NCBI GenBank assembly: GCA_963719225.1
Contig: CAVRAY010000001.1
Location: 3,814,253 to 3,878,252, forward strand
Length of the DNA: 64,000 bases
Direction: 5' to 3'
DNA from: Thermoanaerobaculia bacterium
Lineage (GTDB): Bacteria; Acidobacteriota; Thermoanaerobaculia; UBA5066
Made by a program: the position numbers and the translations under genes. This document shows, one piece after another, positions 24,654 to 34,915 of this stretch. The notes under the pieces are model-generated. The model saw only the letters and a program-made list of their open reading frames with translations, made no database searches and was not told the origin of the DNA. The first letter of the stretch is position 1. Each line of letters starts with the position of its first letter.

Positions 24654-25559
24654 CTATTTCCCCTTCAGGGTCGCCGGCTCGAACGGCTTCTTCGCGTCCT
24701 CGACGTGATCGCCGGCGAAGCGGGCGACCCACACAGCCGGCCCGTTCTTGTTGTCGATCCACGCGATCCGCGTCCCGTCCGGCGAGATGCGGGCCCACGA
24801 GCCCGACGTGCCCGTGATCTCCGTCTTGGGACCGCCCGCACGCGGCATCGTGACGATCTTGCCTTTCACGGAGAAGACGAGAATCCCCTTCGGACCCCAC
24901 CCCGGGAAGATGTTGTGCTCCTCGTCGCGCGTCACGTTCGTGGCTCCCGTGCCGTCCGCTCCGATGATCCAGATCTGATCCTTGTTGTCGCCCTTCTCGA
25001 GGTAATAGAGGACTTCCCTGCCGTCAGCGGACCACGACGGGTTGAACGGCCTGGCTCCGTCGCTCTTCGTGAGCCGCTTCGCCCCCGACCCGTCCGGCGC
25101 GGCGGTCCAGAGTTCCTGCGCCCCGTCGCGCTCGGAGGTGAAGGCGAGGCGCTTGCCGTCCGGCGACCACGCGGGGGCGCCGTCCTTCGCCGGGTTGCGG
25201 CTCACGTTCACCCGATCACCCGTGGCGAGGTCCAGCACGTAGGCCTCCCAGTCACCGCCCCAGAACTTGCCGTACGCGACCTTCTTCCCGTCTGGCGAGA
25301 AGCAGCCGAACGGCGAGCTCGTCTCGACCTTGCGGAGCGCTCCCGTCTCGAGCTCGACGACGACGAGCCTCCATTTCTCCGGGTCGTAGTCGGACCAGTC
25401 GGGCTTTCGCTCGATCGCGGAGACGAGGAGGCGCTTGCCGTCCGAAGACCACTCGACCGCCTGAAAGGCGACCGCCGTGTCCTGGGCGGAGGCGGGACCG
25501 TGTGCGAGCGAAGCGAGGACGGCGGCCGCCGCGAAAGATGCCCGCGCGTGTAAACGCAT
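24654..25559 (-). CDS. Secreted TolB-like beta-propeller (PD40 repeats)
   Basis: Signal peptide; repeated P.WSPDG motifs. Confidence 0.85.
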   Translation of the reverse strand: MRLHARASFAAAAVLASLAHGPASAQDTAVAFQAVEWSSDGKRLLVSAIERKPDWSDYDPEKWRLVVVELETGALRKVETSSPFGCFSPDGKKVAYGKFWGGDWEAYVLDLATGDRVNVSRNPAKDGAPAWSPDGKRLAFTSERDGAQELWTAAPDGSGAKRLTKSDGARPFNPSWSADGREVLYYLEKGDNKDQIWIIGADGTGATNVTRDEEHNIFPGWGPKGILVFSVKGKIVTMPRAGGPKTEITGTSGSWARISPDGTRIAWIDNKNGPAVWVARFAGDHVEDAKKPFEPATLKGK

Positions 25560-25607
25560 GGGGCGACCTCCTGCCTTCGTCTTACGCAGGAAGTGCGGCA
25601 GGGTTCA

Positions 25608-27893
25608 TCAGAGATTCATCCTGCGCAGCAACGCCTGGAAGCGCGGGTGGTCGCGCAGGCTGGCGAAAAGGAACGAGCCCTTGATGCCAAAGATGGATCC
25701 CGACCGCTCCCCGAGTGCGCGCTCCAGACAGTCGAGTGCGGCCTCCTTCTCGCCGAGGCCAGTATGGACATGGGCCAGTTGATAGGCGGGAACGTATTGC
25801 GTTTCGGCCATGGCCTGGAGCTCGGCGAGGATCGCCCTCGCCCTCGCCTCGTGTCCCGCCATGCCGAGCGCCTGGCCCAGCTGGGCCAGGAACAGGGTGC
25901 TCTCCGGCAAGAGCTCGACAGCGCGCTCAAGCGCGGCGAGGCCCTCGGCGGTTCTCCCGAGCGCCATGCAGGCCCAGCCGGAGAGCGTGTGAAGACGCGG
26001 ATAGGAAGGATCGAGCGCCAGGGCGCGCTGAGCCTCGGCGAGCGCCTCCCGCGTCTGTCCGGCCCGCATCAGTTCGTTCGCAAAGTCGCTGCGTATCGCC
26101 AGCGGGTCGAGCTCCCGCGCCCGCCGCATCAGCGTGAGCGACTCGTCGAAGCGGCCTTGCGAGGAGCAGAGCCTGCCGAGCTGCAAGTAGATGTCCGCGC
26201 TGCCCGGGCTGAGCTTGAGTGCCAGCCGGAACTCCTCTTCGGCGCCCTTCCAGTCGAAATCGCGCGCGAAACGGAGCAGGCCCGCGATGCCGTGTGCCTC
26301 GGCAAGATCCTCGTCGAGCGAAAGCGCACGGTCCAGCGCCTGCCGCGCGCGGGCGAACGCCTCCAAGGGCACCAGGCCGCTGATTCCACCGAGGACGCTC
26401 TCGGCGTTCGCCTGCGCTATCCCGGCGTAGGCTAGCGCGAAGAGAGGGTCGCGTGCGACGGCCTGCTCGAAAAGGGCGAGACTCTGGGTGAACCCCGCCT
26501 TGGTGAACTGCAGGAAGTGGTGCCGTCCCTGCAGGAAGAGCTGATAGGCCTCGAGATCGCGCGTCGGGCGCCGCCCGATCCGCGCGCGCTCCTCGAGGGT
26601 TAGCTCGGCGCGCAGCGCACCGGCGATCTGCAGCGCGACGTCGGTCTGGATGGCGAAGATGTCGTCGAGGTCGCGGTCGTAGGTCTCGGCCCAGAGATGC
26701 TGGTCTGTGCGCGAGTCGACAAGCTGCGCCACGATGCGCACGCGATTGCGTGACCTGCGTACGCTCCCTTCGACGAGCATGCCCACCCCGAGCGCCGTTC
26801 CGATCTCGCGCAGACTCTGCTGATGCTTCTTGAACGCCATGACCGACGTGCGCGACGTGACGCGCAGGGTCCTGATCCTGGCCAGGTGTGCGATCACGTC
26901 CTCTGTGATCCCGTCGGCGAAAAACTCGTTCTCGGGATCGGCGCTCATGTTCATGAAGGGCAGCACGGCTACCGAGGGGAGGTCGACGGCGGGGCCCATC
27001 GCCTCCGGGGTCCCGTCCCTCAGCCGCGCGAGATCCCGGGCGAGGTCTCTGGTCGACGCGTAGCGCTCGTCCGGTTCTTTCGCGAGACACCTCTCGATGA
27101 CCCACCGGAGCGCGACCGGGGTCTCCGGCGCGCGGTTGCCGATCAGCTCCGGCTCCTCCCGGATGACGGCCGTCATCGTCTCCGGGCCGCTTGCCCGGGC
27201 AAATGCCTTTCTCCCCGTCACCATCTCGTAGAGGACGGAGCCGAAGGAGAACTGGTCCGAACGAAAATCGACGGGCCTGCCGAGAGCCTGCTCGGGCGAC
27301 ATGTAGGCGACCGTTCCCATCACGATCCCGGGTTCCGTCATCTTCGAGACCGTGGAAGCCGCCGTCTCGCCAGCGGAGCTCGCCGGCTTCGTCACCTTTG
27401 CGAGGCCGAAATCCAGGATTTTCGCGAAGCCGTCGTTCGTGACCATCACGTTCTCCGGCTTAAGATCTCTGTGGACGATCCCCGCCCCGTGCGCTTTCGC
27501 GAGGCCGTCGGCCACCTGCGCCGCGATCCCGAGGAGCTTCTTCATCGGCAGCGCCCCCTCGGCCAGATGCGCCCTCAGGGTCTTGCCCTCGACGAGCTCC
27601 ATGACGAGGACGTGACGCGGCGAGGACGAGGAAGAAGAAGAGGAAGAAGGGAATTCTTCGAATGAGTAGATGGCCGCAATTCCGGGATGATTGAGCGCTG
27701 CGAGGAGCCGAGCTTCCCTCTCGAACCGCTGTTTCCTCTCTTCACCCTCTAAGAAATCTTCGGGCAGTACCTTGACCGCGACGTCTCTTGCGAGCCGCGC
27801 ATCCCTGGCCCGGTACACCTCTCCCATCCCGCCAGCGCCGAGCGGCGAGAGGATTTCGTAAGGGCCGAGGTGGGTTCCCGAGGACAGCGTCAC
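25608..27893 (-). CDS. Hanks-type Ser/Thr protein kinase with TolB_N-like and TPR domains
   Basis: [28 protein letters not shown]; SVAVLPF..DGITED; TPR repeats. Confidence 0.95.
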   Translation of the reverse strand: MTLSSGTHLGPYEILSPLGAGGMGEVYRARDARLARDVAVKVLPEDFLEGEERKQRFEREARLLAALNHPGIAAIYSFEEFPSSSSSSSSSPRHVLVMELVEGKTLRAHLAEGALPMKKLLGIAAQVADGLAKAHGAGIVHRDLKPENVMVTNDGFAKILDFGLAKVTKPASSAGETAASTVSKMTEPGIVMGTVAYMSPEQALGRPVDFRSDQFSFGSVLYEMVTGRKAFARASGPETMTAVIREEPELIGNRAPETPVALRWVIERCLAKEPDERYASTRDLARDLARLRDGTPEAMGPAVDLPSVAVLPFMNMSADPENEFFADGITEDVIAHLARIRTLRVTSRTSVMAFKKHQQSLREIGTALGVGMLVEGSVRRSRNRVRIVAQLVDSRTDQHLWAETYDRDLDDIFAIQTDVALQIAGALRAELTLEERARIGRRPTRDLEAYQLFLQGRHHFLQFTKAGFTQSLALFEQAVARDPLFALAYAGIAQANAESVLGGISGLVPLEAFARARQALDRALSLDEDLAEAHGIAGLLRFARDFDWKGAEEEFRLALKLSPGSADIYLQLGRLCSSQGRFDESLTLMRRARELDPLAIRSDFANELMRAGQTREALAEAQRALALDPSYPRLHTLSGWACMALGRTAEGLAALERAVELLPESTLFLAQLGQALGMAGHEARARAILAELQAMAETQYVPAYQLAHVHTGLGEKEAALDCLERALGERSGSIFGIKGSFLFASLRDHPRFQALLRRMNL

Positions 27894-27935
27894 GGCGCCA
27901 CTGCCGCGAAGAATAAGCCCGGCGTGCCCTCCGGC

Positions 27936-29123
27936 TCAGGCCAGGGACCGTAGGTCCTTGCAGCAGGCCTCGCGGCAGCGCTCGTAGACCGAGCCGCGCT
28001 TGACCGGCGTGAAGCCCGCGTCGCGGATGAGCGCGAGCATCCCCTCTTCGCCCATCCTGTTGTGCGAGCCCGCCGCGGCGACGACGTTCTCCTCGATCAT
28101 GATCGAGCCGAGGTCGTCCGCTCCGAACGACATCGCGACGCTGCCGATCTTCGCGCCCTGCGTGAGCCACGACCCCTGCACGTGCGGCACGTTGTCGAGG
28201 TAGAGGCGCGCGATCGCGAGCGTGCGCAGATAGTCGATGCCGCTCGCCGTCTCGACCTTGCCGTCCATCGCCGTGTTCTCCTCCTGGAACGTCCATGGGA
28301 TGAAGGCCGTGAAGCTCTCGACGCCCTCGGCGAGCGACGCGTCCTGCACGCGCCGCACGACGTCCAGATGACGGAGGCGCTGCTTGTGCGTCTCACCCAC
28401 GCCGAACATCATCGTGGCGGTCGTCGGCAGGCCGAGGCGGTGGGCTTCGCGGTGCACTTCCGCCCACTTGAGCGTGGGGGCTTTCGTGAGCGCCCAGATG
28501 CGCTTGCGCACGTCGTCCTCGAGAATCTCGGCTCCGCCTCCGGGAACGGACTGGAGCCCGGCCTTCTGGAGGCGTTGGAGGACGTCGGCGATCGTCGTCT
28601 TCTCCTTCTTCGCGAGAAAGTGGATCTCTGGAGCCGAGAACGCGTGCCGGTGCACCTGCGGGTATTTCGCTCTCAGGAAGGAGAGCATCTCCTCGTAGAA
28701 CGAGAACGGCAGCTCGGCGTGGATTCCGCCCTGCAGGAGGATGCCCGTGCCGCCGAGCGCGATCGTCTCCTCGACCTTCCGGCCGATCTCCTCGAAAGGC
28801 AGGACGTAGCCCTCGGCGTCGCCCGCGGGCCGGTAGAACGCGCAAAACGCGCAGCGGTAGATGCAGACGTTCGTGTAGTTGATGTTCCGGTCGACCTGGT
28901 ACGTGACGCGATCGACAGGGTGCTTCCTGCGACGCACGGCATCCGCCGCCGCACCGGCCTCGAGCACCGTCGCTTCCGAGAAGAGCGTGAGACCGTCGTC
29001 GAACGTGAGGCGCGCGCCGTCGAGGGCGCGCGCGAGCGCCGCCGCGACGTGGCGGGAGCCGCCGAGGCCGGGCACGGGCGCGTTCGGCAGGACCGCCGCC
29101 GGGGCGGCCGGAACGACGGACAT
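27936..29123 (-). CDS. mqnC: Cyclic dehypoxanthinyl futalosine synthase (radical SAM)
   Basis: DRNINYTNVCIYRCAFCAFYR, PGGGAEIL, MIEENVV; downstream of mqnA. Confidence 0.92.
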   Translation of the reverse strand: MSVVPAAPAAVLPNAPVPGLGGSRHVAAALARALDGARLTFDDGLTLFSEATVLEAGAAADAVRRRKHPVDRVTYQVDRNINYTNVCIYRCAFCAFYRPAGDAEGYVLPFEEIGRKVEETIALGGTGILLQGGIHAELPFSFYEEMLSFLRAKYPQVHRHAFSAPEIHFLAKKEKTTIADVLQRLQKAGLQSVPGGGAEILEDDVRKRIWALTKAPTLKWAEVHREAHRLGLPTTATMMFGVGETHKQRLRHLDVVRRVQDASLAEGVESFTAFIPWTFQEENTAMDGKVETASGIDYLRTLAIARLYLDNVPHVQGSWLTQGAKIGSVAMSFGADDLGSIMIEENVVAAAGSHNRMGEEGMLALIRDAGFTPVKRGSVYERCREACCKDLRSLA

Positions 29124-29133
29124 CGTGGACACG

Positions 29134-29943
29134 TCAGCCTTCCCGGCGGGGTACGAGCGGCACGCCCGCGAAGGGCGGCAGGTCGGGCGACGGAAGGAGG
29201 CCGTGTACGTGCGCACGGCGGTAGAACTCGGCGAGGCCCTTTTCGTCCTCCAGCTCGAGGTCGTGATGGAGGTTCCCGTCGAGGTACTCGAGCAGCGCCG
29301 CCTGCTCGAGCCCGGTGCGCTGGGAGGCCACGGCGACGATCTCCGCCAGGTGCGTCTTCGCGTATTCGCGCGACCACAGGAACGGCTCGGGCGGCACCGA
29401 GGGACGCACCGCCCAGACCGCGAACACGAACGGCAGGCCCGTGAGCTGCCGCCAGCCTTCCGCGAGGTCGAGCACGTGGAGGCCGGCGAGATCCACCTTC
29501 AGCGCCGGATCACCGATGAGAAGGGCCGCGTCGTGGTGCGCGAGCATCTCGTCGAGATCGGGCGCGGCCGTGTGGAAGGCGGGTTTCATCCCGAGGAGAT
29601 CGCGGAACAGGATTCGCGCCATCGCGGCGGACGAGCGGGACGCGGCGTCGAGGGCCACCGTCTTCACGGCCTCGAGCGGCCCTCGGCTGACGAGGATGAC
29701 GCTTCGCACCCGCTCGCGCGATGCGATCCCCACGCCGCGCACGATCCGGATGCCGGGGATGCGCGCGGCCTCGATCGACGGCACGAGCCCGGCCTCGACC
29801 TCTCCGCGTGCGAGTCGGTCGGCGCAGGCCGACGGGATGTCCGTCAGCGCCTCGATTCCTTCCACCGCGCCCCGCAGGAGGCCCCAGGTCAGCGGCCAGG
29901 CGTTCACGTAATCCACGAGCGAGGCGCGCAGCACGGCGGTCAT
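29134..29943 (-). CDS. mqnA: Chorismate dehydratase (futalosine pathway)
   Basis: YVNAWP, VRSV, SRSS, LLIGDPAL, W..LTGLPFVFAVW. Confidence 0.92.
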   Translation of the reverse strand: MTAVLRASLVDYVNAWPLTWGLLRGAVEGIEALTDIPSACADRLARGEVEAGLVPSIEAARIPGIRIVRGVGIASRERVRSVILVSRGPLEAVKTVALDAASRSSAAMARILFRDLLGMKPAFHTAAPDLDEMLAHHDAALLIGDPALKVDLAGLHVLDLAEGWRQLTGLPFVFAVWAVRPSVPPEPFLWSREYAKTHLAEIVAVASQRTGLEQAALLEYLDGNLHHDLELEDEKGLAEFYRRAHVHGLLPSPDLPPFAGVPLVPRREG

Positions 29944-30003
29944 TCCCCTCTTAAAAATACACCACGTCGGCTTTCCCGGGGGCCGACTCGGCGACAATGA
30001 GCC

Positions 30004-31167
30004 GTGCCTCCCCACGCCCTCCTCGCCGTTTCCGTGGTGATGCCCTGCCTGAACGAGGCCGAGACCGTCGCGCGATGCGTCGCCGAGGCGCTCGAAGCCC
30101 TCGCCAACGCGGGGCTCGACGGCGAGGTCGTCGTGGCCGACAACGGTTCGACGGATGGCTCGCGCGAGCTCGCCGAACGCGCGGGGGCGCGCGTCGTCCT
30201 CGTCGACGCCCGCGGATATGGCGCGGCGCTCGCGGGCGGCTTCGCCGCCGCGCGCGGCCGGTACGTCGTCATGGGCGACGCGGATCACTCGTACGACTTC
30301 GGAGCGGTGCCGGACTTCGTCAAGGCTTTGGACGCCGGAGCGGATCTCGTCATGGGCTCGCGGTTTCGCGGCGCGATCGAGAGGGGCGCGATGCCGCCCC
30401 TCCACCAATGGCTCGGAAACCCTGTCCTCACGGGCCTCGGCCGGCTCTTCTTCCGCGTCGACGTGTCCGACTTTCATTGCGGCCTGCGCGCTTTCCGCCG
30501 CGACGCGCTTCTGGGCCTCGACCTGAAGACGACCGGGATGGAGTACGCGAGCGAGATGGTCGTCAAGGCGGCGCTCTTCGGCCTCGTGATCTCCGAGATT
30601 CCCGTGCGCCTCCGCAGGGACGGAAGGTCGCGGCCGCCGCACCTCAGGACGTGGCGCGACGGCTGGCGTCACCTGCGTTTCCTTCTCCTCTACTCGCCCC
30701 GGTGGCTCTTCCTCTTCCCCGGCCTCGGGCTCGCCCTCGCCGGCACCGCCCTCATCCTGTGGCTGCTGCCGGGGCCGCGCACGCTCGGCGCGGCAACGCT
30801 CGACGTTCACACGATGCTCGCCGGAGCCGCGATGATCCTCGTCGGGGCGGCGGCGATCTTTTCCGGGGTGTGCGCGAAGATCTTCGGCATCACGGAAGGC
30901 CTGCTCCCCAGGGATCCGCTTCTCGACCGCCTGTTCGACCGCTGGGTCACGCTGGAGACGGGTCTCGCCTTCGGGACCGCCTGCCTCCTCGGGGGCGTCG
31001 TCCTCGTGGGACGCGTCGTGCGCCACTGGGCCGGCGCCGGGTTTCACGACCTGCCTTACACGCAGACGATGCGCTGGATGATCCCCGGGATCCTGCTCCT
31101 CGTTCTCGGAGCGCAGGCCCTCTTCGGGTCTTTTCTGCTGTCTCTTCTCGGGGTCCGCCGCCGCTGA
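30004..31167 (+). CDS. GT2 glycosyltransferase (polyprenol-phosphate glycosyltransferase-like) with C-terminal TM segments
   Basis: VVMPCLNE, DNGSTDGS, MGDAD, DFHCGLR, HLRTWRDGWRH. Confidence 0.9.
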   Translation: MPPHALLAVSVVMPCLNEAETVARCVAEALEALANAGLDGEVVVADNGSTDGSRELAERAGARVVLVDARGYGAALAGGFAAARGRYVVMGDADHSYDFGAVPDFVKALDAGADLVMGSRFRGAIERGAMPPLHQWLGNPVLTGLGRLFFRVDVSDFHCGLRAFRRDALLGLDLKTTGMEYASEMVVKAALFGLVISEIPVRLRRDGRSRPPHLRTWRDGWRHLRFLLLYSPRWLFLFPGLGLALAGTALILWLLPGPRTLGAATLDVHTMLAGAAMILVGAAAIFSGVCAKIFGITEGLLPRDPLLDRLFDRWVTLETGLAFGTACLLGGVVLVGRVVRHWAGAGFHDLPYTQTMRWMIPGILLLVLGAQALFGSFLLSLLGVRRR

Positions 31168-31173
31168 CGTTTC

Positions 31174-31713
31174 TCAGGCGCGCGGAGCGAGAAGCTTCGC
31201 GACCGCAGCTTCGGCCCGTGTCTCGCGCTCTTTTCCCCGGCCCGAGACTTCGACGACGCGGGCGCCGGCGTCGGCGACAGCGGCCGCGAAGAGCGCGTGC
31301 ACCTCCTCGCGCCGGTCGCCCCGGTCGCGCGCGGGATCGGGAATCCACGGCAGATCCGGAGGACAGAGAACGTAGAGATCGCCAAGCCTCTCCGTCGCGA
31401 GCCGCTCGATCCACGGCGGGCACTCCCCGTAGTAGTGACGCGCGTAGACGACGGTCGACAGCAGATCCTGGTCGAAGAACACGGCGGGCCTCTCGCGCCG
31501 AACCGCCTCTTCGAGCGCCGCATCCGCCGCGGCGACGTGCGCGCGTGCAATCGGCGCGACGTCTTCGGGTCCGAGCAGCCCCGATTTCGCGAGAGCGGCC
31601 TCGCGCGCGGCTTCAGGAACCCAGGCCGAGTCGTGGCGCTCGGCGAGCACCCGCGCGAGAGTCGTCTTGCCCGTGCACTCTCCGCCGGTCACGACGATCT
31701 TCAGGACGCTCAC
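31174..31713 (-). CDS. NadR-type P-loop kinase (AAA_28 / ribosylnicotinamide kinase-like)
   Basis: GGECTGKTT Walker A, VPEAAR, DQDLLST.VY, W..D..R; GTGA overlap with pnuC. Confidence 0.85.
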   Translation of the reverse strand: MSVLKIVVTGGECTGKTTLARVLAERHDSAWVPEAAREAALAKSGLLGPEDVAPIARAHVAAADAALEEAVRRERPAVFFDQDLLSTVVYARHYYGECPPWIERLATERLGDLYVLCPPDLPWIPDPARDRGDRREEVHALFAAAVADAGARVVEVSGRGKERETRAEAAVAKLLAPRA

Positions 31714-32282
31714 GCCGCGGCATCCCCTCCGGCGAGGCTTCGCCGCCAGGAAGCCAGGCCGATTGCCGCGAGGACGAGAAACAGCGCATAGAGACCGGCC
31801 GTCAGGTACAGGTGTTTCACGACGTAGATCCCGACGTAGACGGAGTCCACCGCGATCCAGATCACCCAGTTCTCGATCCACTTGCGCGTCTGGAGGAACT
31901 GGGCGACGAGGCTGAATCCGGTCGTCCCCGCGTCCCAGAAGGGGAGCGCCGCGTCGGTCTTCGAGCGGAGGAAGATCCCGAGCGCCGCGGCGAAGAGGAT
32001 TCCCGCCGTCATGGAAACGGCGAGGACGTGACGAGGCGCCCGCGTCACGACGAGCCGGCCGTGCGCCGCCCCGCCCTTCAGCCACGCCCACCACCCGTAC
32101 AGGCAAAGGGCGAAATAGACCCCCTGAAGTCCCATGTCCGCGTACAGTTTCGCCTCGCGAAAGACGACCGCGTAAATCGCGACGTTCACGAGGCTCACGG
32201 GCCAGCACCACACGTTCTCCCGCGCCGTCAGGAAGACGCCGAGCGCGCCCGTCACGGCTCCCGCGACCTCGAGAAGGCTCAC
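31710..32282 (-). CDS. pnuC: PnuC-family vitamin transporter (probably thiamine-specific PnuT)
   Basis: W..W motifs, KLYAD..LQ, YGWW.W, K.IENW..WI.VD; under a TPP riboswitch. Confidence 0.9.
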   Translation of the reverse strand: MSLLEVAGAVTGALGVFLTARENVWCWPVSLVNVAIYAVVFREAKLYADMGLQGVYFALCLYGWWAWLKGGAAHGRLVVTRAPRHVLAVSMTAGILFAAALGIFLRSKTDAALPFWDAGTTGFSLVAQFLQTRKWIENWVIWIAVDSVYVGIYVVKHLYLTAGLYALFLVLAAIGLASWRRSLAGGDAAA

Positions 32283-34444
32283 CAGAGGCCCAGGTCGAGC
32301 GTCACGGACACGCTGCGGGTCGCCGCGGCGTAGTAGTACGGAATCCCCGAGACCGCGTCCTGTCCCGCGTCGCGCGTCACGTAGAGGTACGAGTACCCGC
32401 TCGGGAAGATGCGCCGGTTGTCGAGGAGGTTGTTGACGCGCACCGAGAGCCGGGGCCGGCCGGCCGGGACGAGACGCGAGAGGTCGAACCGGAACGTGGC
32501 GTCGAGCTGGAAGAAGCGCGGCGCCTCGAGGCCTTCCGTGTTCGTGTTGTCGAGCCACGAGGCCGCGACGTAGCGGCCCGTGAGGCCGGCCGTCACGTCC
32601 CTGAGAGCGGTGGTTTCGACGCTGGCCGTCGCGACGAACGGCGGCGTCCCGACGGGCGTGACGTCGTGGAACGTCCGCGGCGTCGAGCCCGTGAAGTTTC
32701 CGTCCGCGTCGTACACGTCGTAGAACTGTGTCCACTCGCTGATCCGGCTGCGGTTCAGGTTCAACGCGGCCGTGACCCTCAGCGCGGGCAGCGCCTGCCA
32801 CGCGGCGTCCAGCTCGAGCCCTCGGCGGAAGCTCTTCTCCACGTTCCGCCTGAGCGGCAGCCCGATCGGCGATAGCTCGCCCGTGAGCGCGATCTCGTCG
32901 CGGAACTCCATGTCGTAGAGGTTCGCCCTGAGGACGAGGTCCTTCGCCCGCCACTCGGCGCCGAGCTCGACGTCCCAGACGCTTTCGGGCCTGACGGCGC
33001 CGAAGTCCGGAAGCGCCGAGGCGTTGTCCTCGCCGAAGAGGATGTCCGAGCGCGCGGGCTCGCGCTCGGTGCGGCCGATCGACACGTAGGCGCTCGCGTG
33101 ATCCGCGAAGTCGAGGCGCAACCCCGCCTTCGGGTTGAAGAACGTCCAGCCGCGGCCGGCCTCCCCGACGTCGCCCGCGTAGGAGAGGTGGGCGTATCGC
33201 ACCTGTGCGTCGAGAAACGGATGCCAACCTCCGTAGTTGCCGAGGAGCTTCACGAACCCGCTGACCTCGTTCTTGTATCCGTGATTCAGGTAGTTGCGCG
33301 GACCGTCCACGTCGTCCTGCGTGTGCGTCGAGCCGTAGCCGTACGCGTGCGCGCCCGCGGTCAGGTCGACGGTCCCGAAATTGCGCGAGTACGTGGCGAG
33401 ACCTCCGCCGAAGAGCCAGGACAACCCGTACTCCTTGAGGTCCGCGCGATCGGCGTCCGCGAAGAGGCGGTACCACCCGCCCGCGCCAACGACGTATCCC
33501 TGCAGGGACAGGCTCGCATCGGGACCGAGGGCCTTCGTCCATTGTCCGGTGACGAGGTATTCGTAGAAGTGGTCCTTCTCCTCGGGCGCCAGCGGATTGA
33601 ACGTGAGGTCTTTCTCGAGGACGTCCTTCTCGACGGCGAGAAACGCCTCGTGAATGCGCTCTTCGCCGGCGAAACCCGAGAATCGCAGCGTCGACGTCTC
33701 GAAGTCTCGCGCGGCCGAGAAGAAGAGGCTGTCCTGGTTGACGCTCGAGCTTTCGCGGAACCCGTCCGTCGTCTGCCACGACGGGCGCAGCGACAGCCGC
33801 CAGCCGCCGCCGAACGTTCCGCTGTTCCAGTTCGCGCTCGCGCGCGCCGTGCCGAAGGAGCCCGCGCCGAGCTGCAGATCGAGTGACGGCGAGCGGGTGG
33901 CGTCGAGGCTCTCGAAGTTGACGGAGCCCGCGAAGGAGGCGGCGCCCACGGTGGACGTCCCGACGCCGCGCTGGATCTGCACGCTCGCGACGTTGCCCGC
34001 GAGGTTCGCGAAATCGGTCGTGTAGACGGCCGAATCCTCGGGCTCGTTCAGCGGCACGCCGTCGAACGTCATGTTCACGCGAGTCTGGGAGATGCCCCGC
34101 AGCGACAGGTAGGCATACCCCTGGCCCGAGCCCGTCTCGGAGTACGCCGTGACGGAGGGCGACTCCTGGAGCAGAAGAGGCATCTCCTGTCCCCAGCTCT
34201 TCGCGGTGAGCTCGGGCCGGCCGAAATCCGTTTTCGTGACGGGTGTGACGTCGTCCGCACGAAGCGCCTTCACGACCACGTTCTCCGAGACGCGAGGAGC
34301 CGTCGTGGGAGTACCAGTCGGAGTCGGCGTGGGAGTCGGCGTCGGGGTCGGAGTTGGCGTGGAGGCGGCTTCCTGCGCGTTCGCGGCGGTCGCCGCCCAG
34401 ACGAAGGCCAGGAGTGAAAGAGTCCGGAGGGCTTTCGAGAACAT
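32279..34444 (-). CDS. TonB-dependent receptor (probable thiamine uptake)
   Basis: Signal peptide; plug domain LRG..R.N..DGVPLN.PE, VQIQRGVGTSTVG; C-terminal NNLLD; TPP riboswitch upstream. Confidence 0.92.
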   Translation of the reverse strand: MFSKALRTLSLLAFVWAATAANAQEAASTPTPTPTPTPTPTPTGTPTTAPRVSENVVVKALRADDVTPVTKTDFGRPELTAKSWGQEMPLLLQESPSVTAYSETGSGQGYAYLSLRGISQTRVNMTFDGVPLNEPEDSAVYTTDFANLAGNVASVQIQRGVGTSTVGAASFAGSVNFESLDATRSPSLDLQLGAGSFGTARASANWNSGTFGGGWRLSLRPSWQTTDGFRESSSVNQDSLFFSAARDFETSTLRFSGFAGEERIHEAFLAVEKDVLEKDLTFNPLAPEEKDHFYEYLVTGQWTKALGPDASLSLQGYVVGAGGWYRLFADADRADLKEYGLSWLFGGGLATYSRNFGTVDLTAGAHAYGYGSTHTQDDVDGPRNYLNHGYKNEVSGFVKLLGNYGGWHPFLDAQVRYAHLSYAGDVGEAGRGWTFFNPKAGLRLDFADHASAYVSIGRTEREPARSDILFGEDNASALPDFGAVRPESVWDVELGAEWRAKDLVLRANLYDMEFRDEIALTGELSPIGLPLRRNVEKSFRRGLELDAAWQALPALRVTAALNLNRSRISEWTQFYDVYDADGNFTGSTPRTFHDVTPVGTPPFVATASVETTALRDVTAGLTGRYVAASWLDNTNTEGLEAPRFFQLDATFRFDLSRLVPAGRPRLSVRVNNLLDNRRIFPSGYSYLYVTRDAGQDAVSGIPYYYAAATRSVSVTLDLGLW
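34301..34363 (-). repeat. Pro-Thr dipeptide repeat linker in the TonB receptor N-terminus
   Basis: Degenerate hexamer repeats encoding STPTPTPTPTPTPTPTGTPTT. Confidence 0.85.
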
Positions 34445-34455
34445 CTGCGCTCTTT

Positions 34456-34534
34456 CTGCCTTTCCCTACGCCGGTTCGAGCCGGATCAGGTTCCGGGGTG
34501 TGATCTCAGGCCCTCTCGGGCCACCCCCAGGCAG
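34456..34534 (-). promoter_or_regulatory. TPP (thi-box) riboswitch
   Basis: Minus strand CTGCCT-GGGGGTG..CTGAGA..ACCCCGGAACCTGATCCGG..CCGGCGTAGGGAA-AGGCAG; P1 3' strand ends about 11 nt before the ATG. Confidence 0.93.
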
Positions 34535-34564
34535 GAAACAATGTGTGCCCGAAACGGCCGGGAG

Positions 34565-34915
34565 TCAACCCGGCAGGTCGGCCAGCCGGCGGAGTTTCTC
34601 CTCGACCTCACGCAGGAGAGCGCTCGGCAATGCCTTGAGAGCGCGAACGAAACGCCGGTTGTCGATGGCCCGACTCTGGTCGACCATGATTTCGCAGTCT
34701 TCCCGGTTCCCGGCGATGTACCGTGGCAGCGGGACGCGAAGAAGGTTCTCTCCGGAGAGCCGAGTCGTACAAGGCAGAACCCACGCGGACGGATGTCCCG
34801 ATTCGTTCAGGAGATCGGTCTGGATCACGAGGACTGGCCGGACCTTCCCGGGCTCCGTGCCGAGACGCGGGCTGAGATCGGCGAGATAGAGAAAGCCGCG
34901 CCGGATCCTCACCAC
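34565..34915 (-). CDS. MazF/PemK family toxin
   Basis: RRG.LYLADL.P..GTEPGK.RPVLVIQ, LPCTT, DQ.RAID. Confidence 0.92.
   Translation of the reverse strand: MVRIRRGFLYLADLSPRLGTEPGKVRPVLVIQTDLLNESGHPSAWVLPCTTRLSGENLLRVPLPRYIAGNREDCEIMVDQSRAIDNRRFVRALKALPSALLREVEEKLRRLADLPG

Noticed and set aside
34301-34363. Pro-Thr repeat as a phase-variable SSR
   Set aside because: The unit is 6 nt with varied codons, so it is in-frame and degenerate; an ordinary flexible linker.
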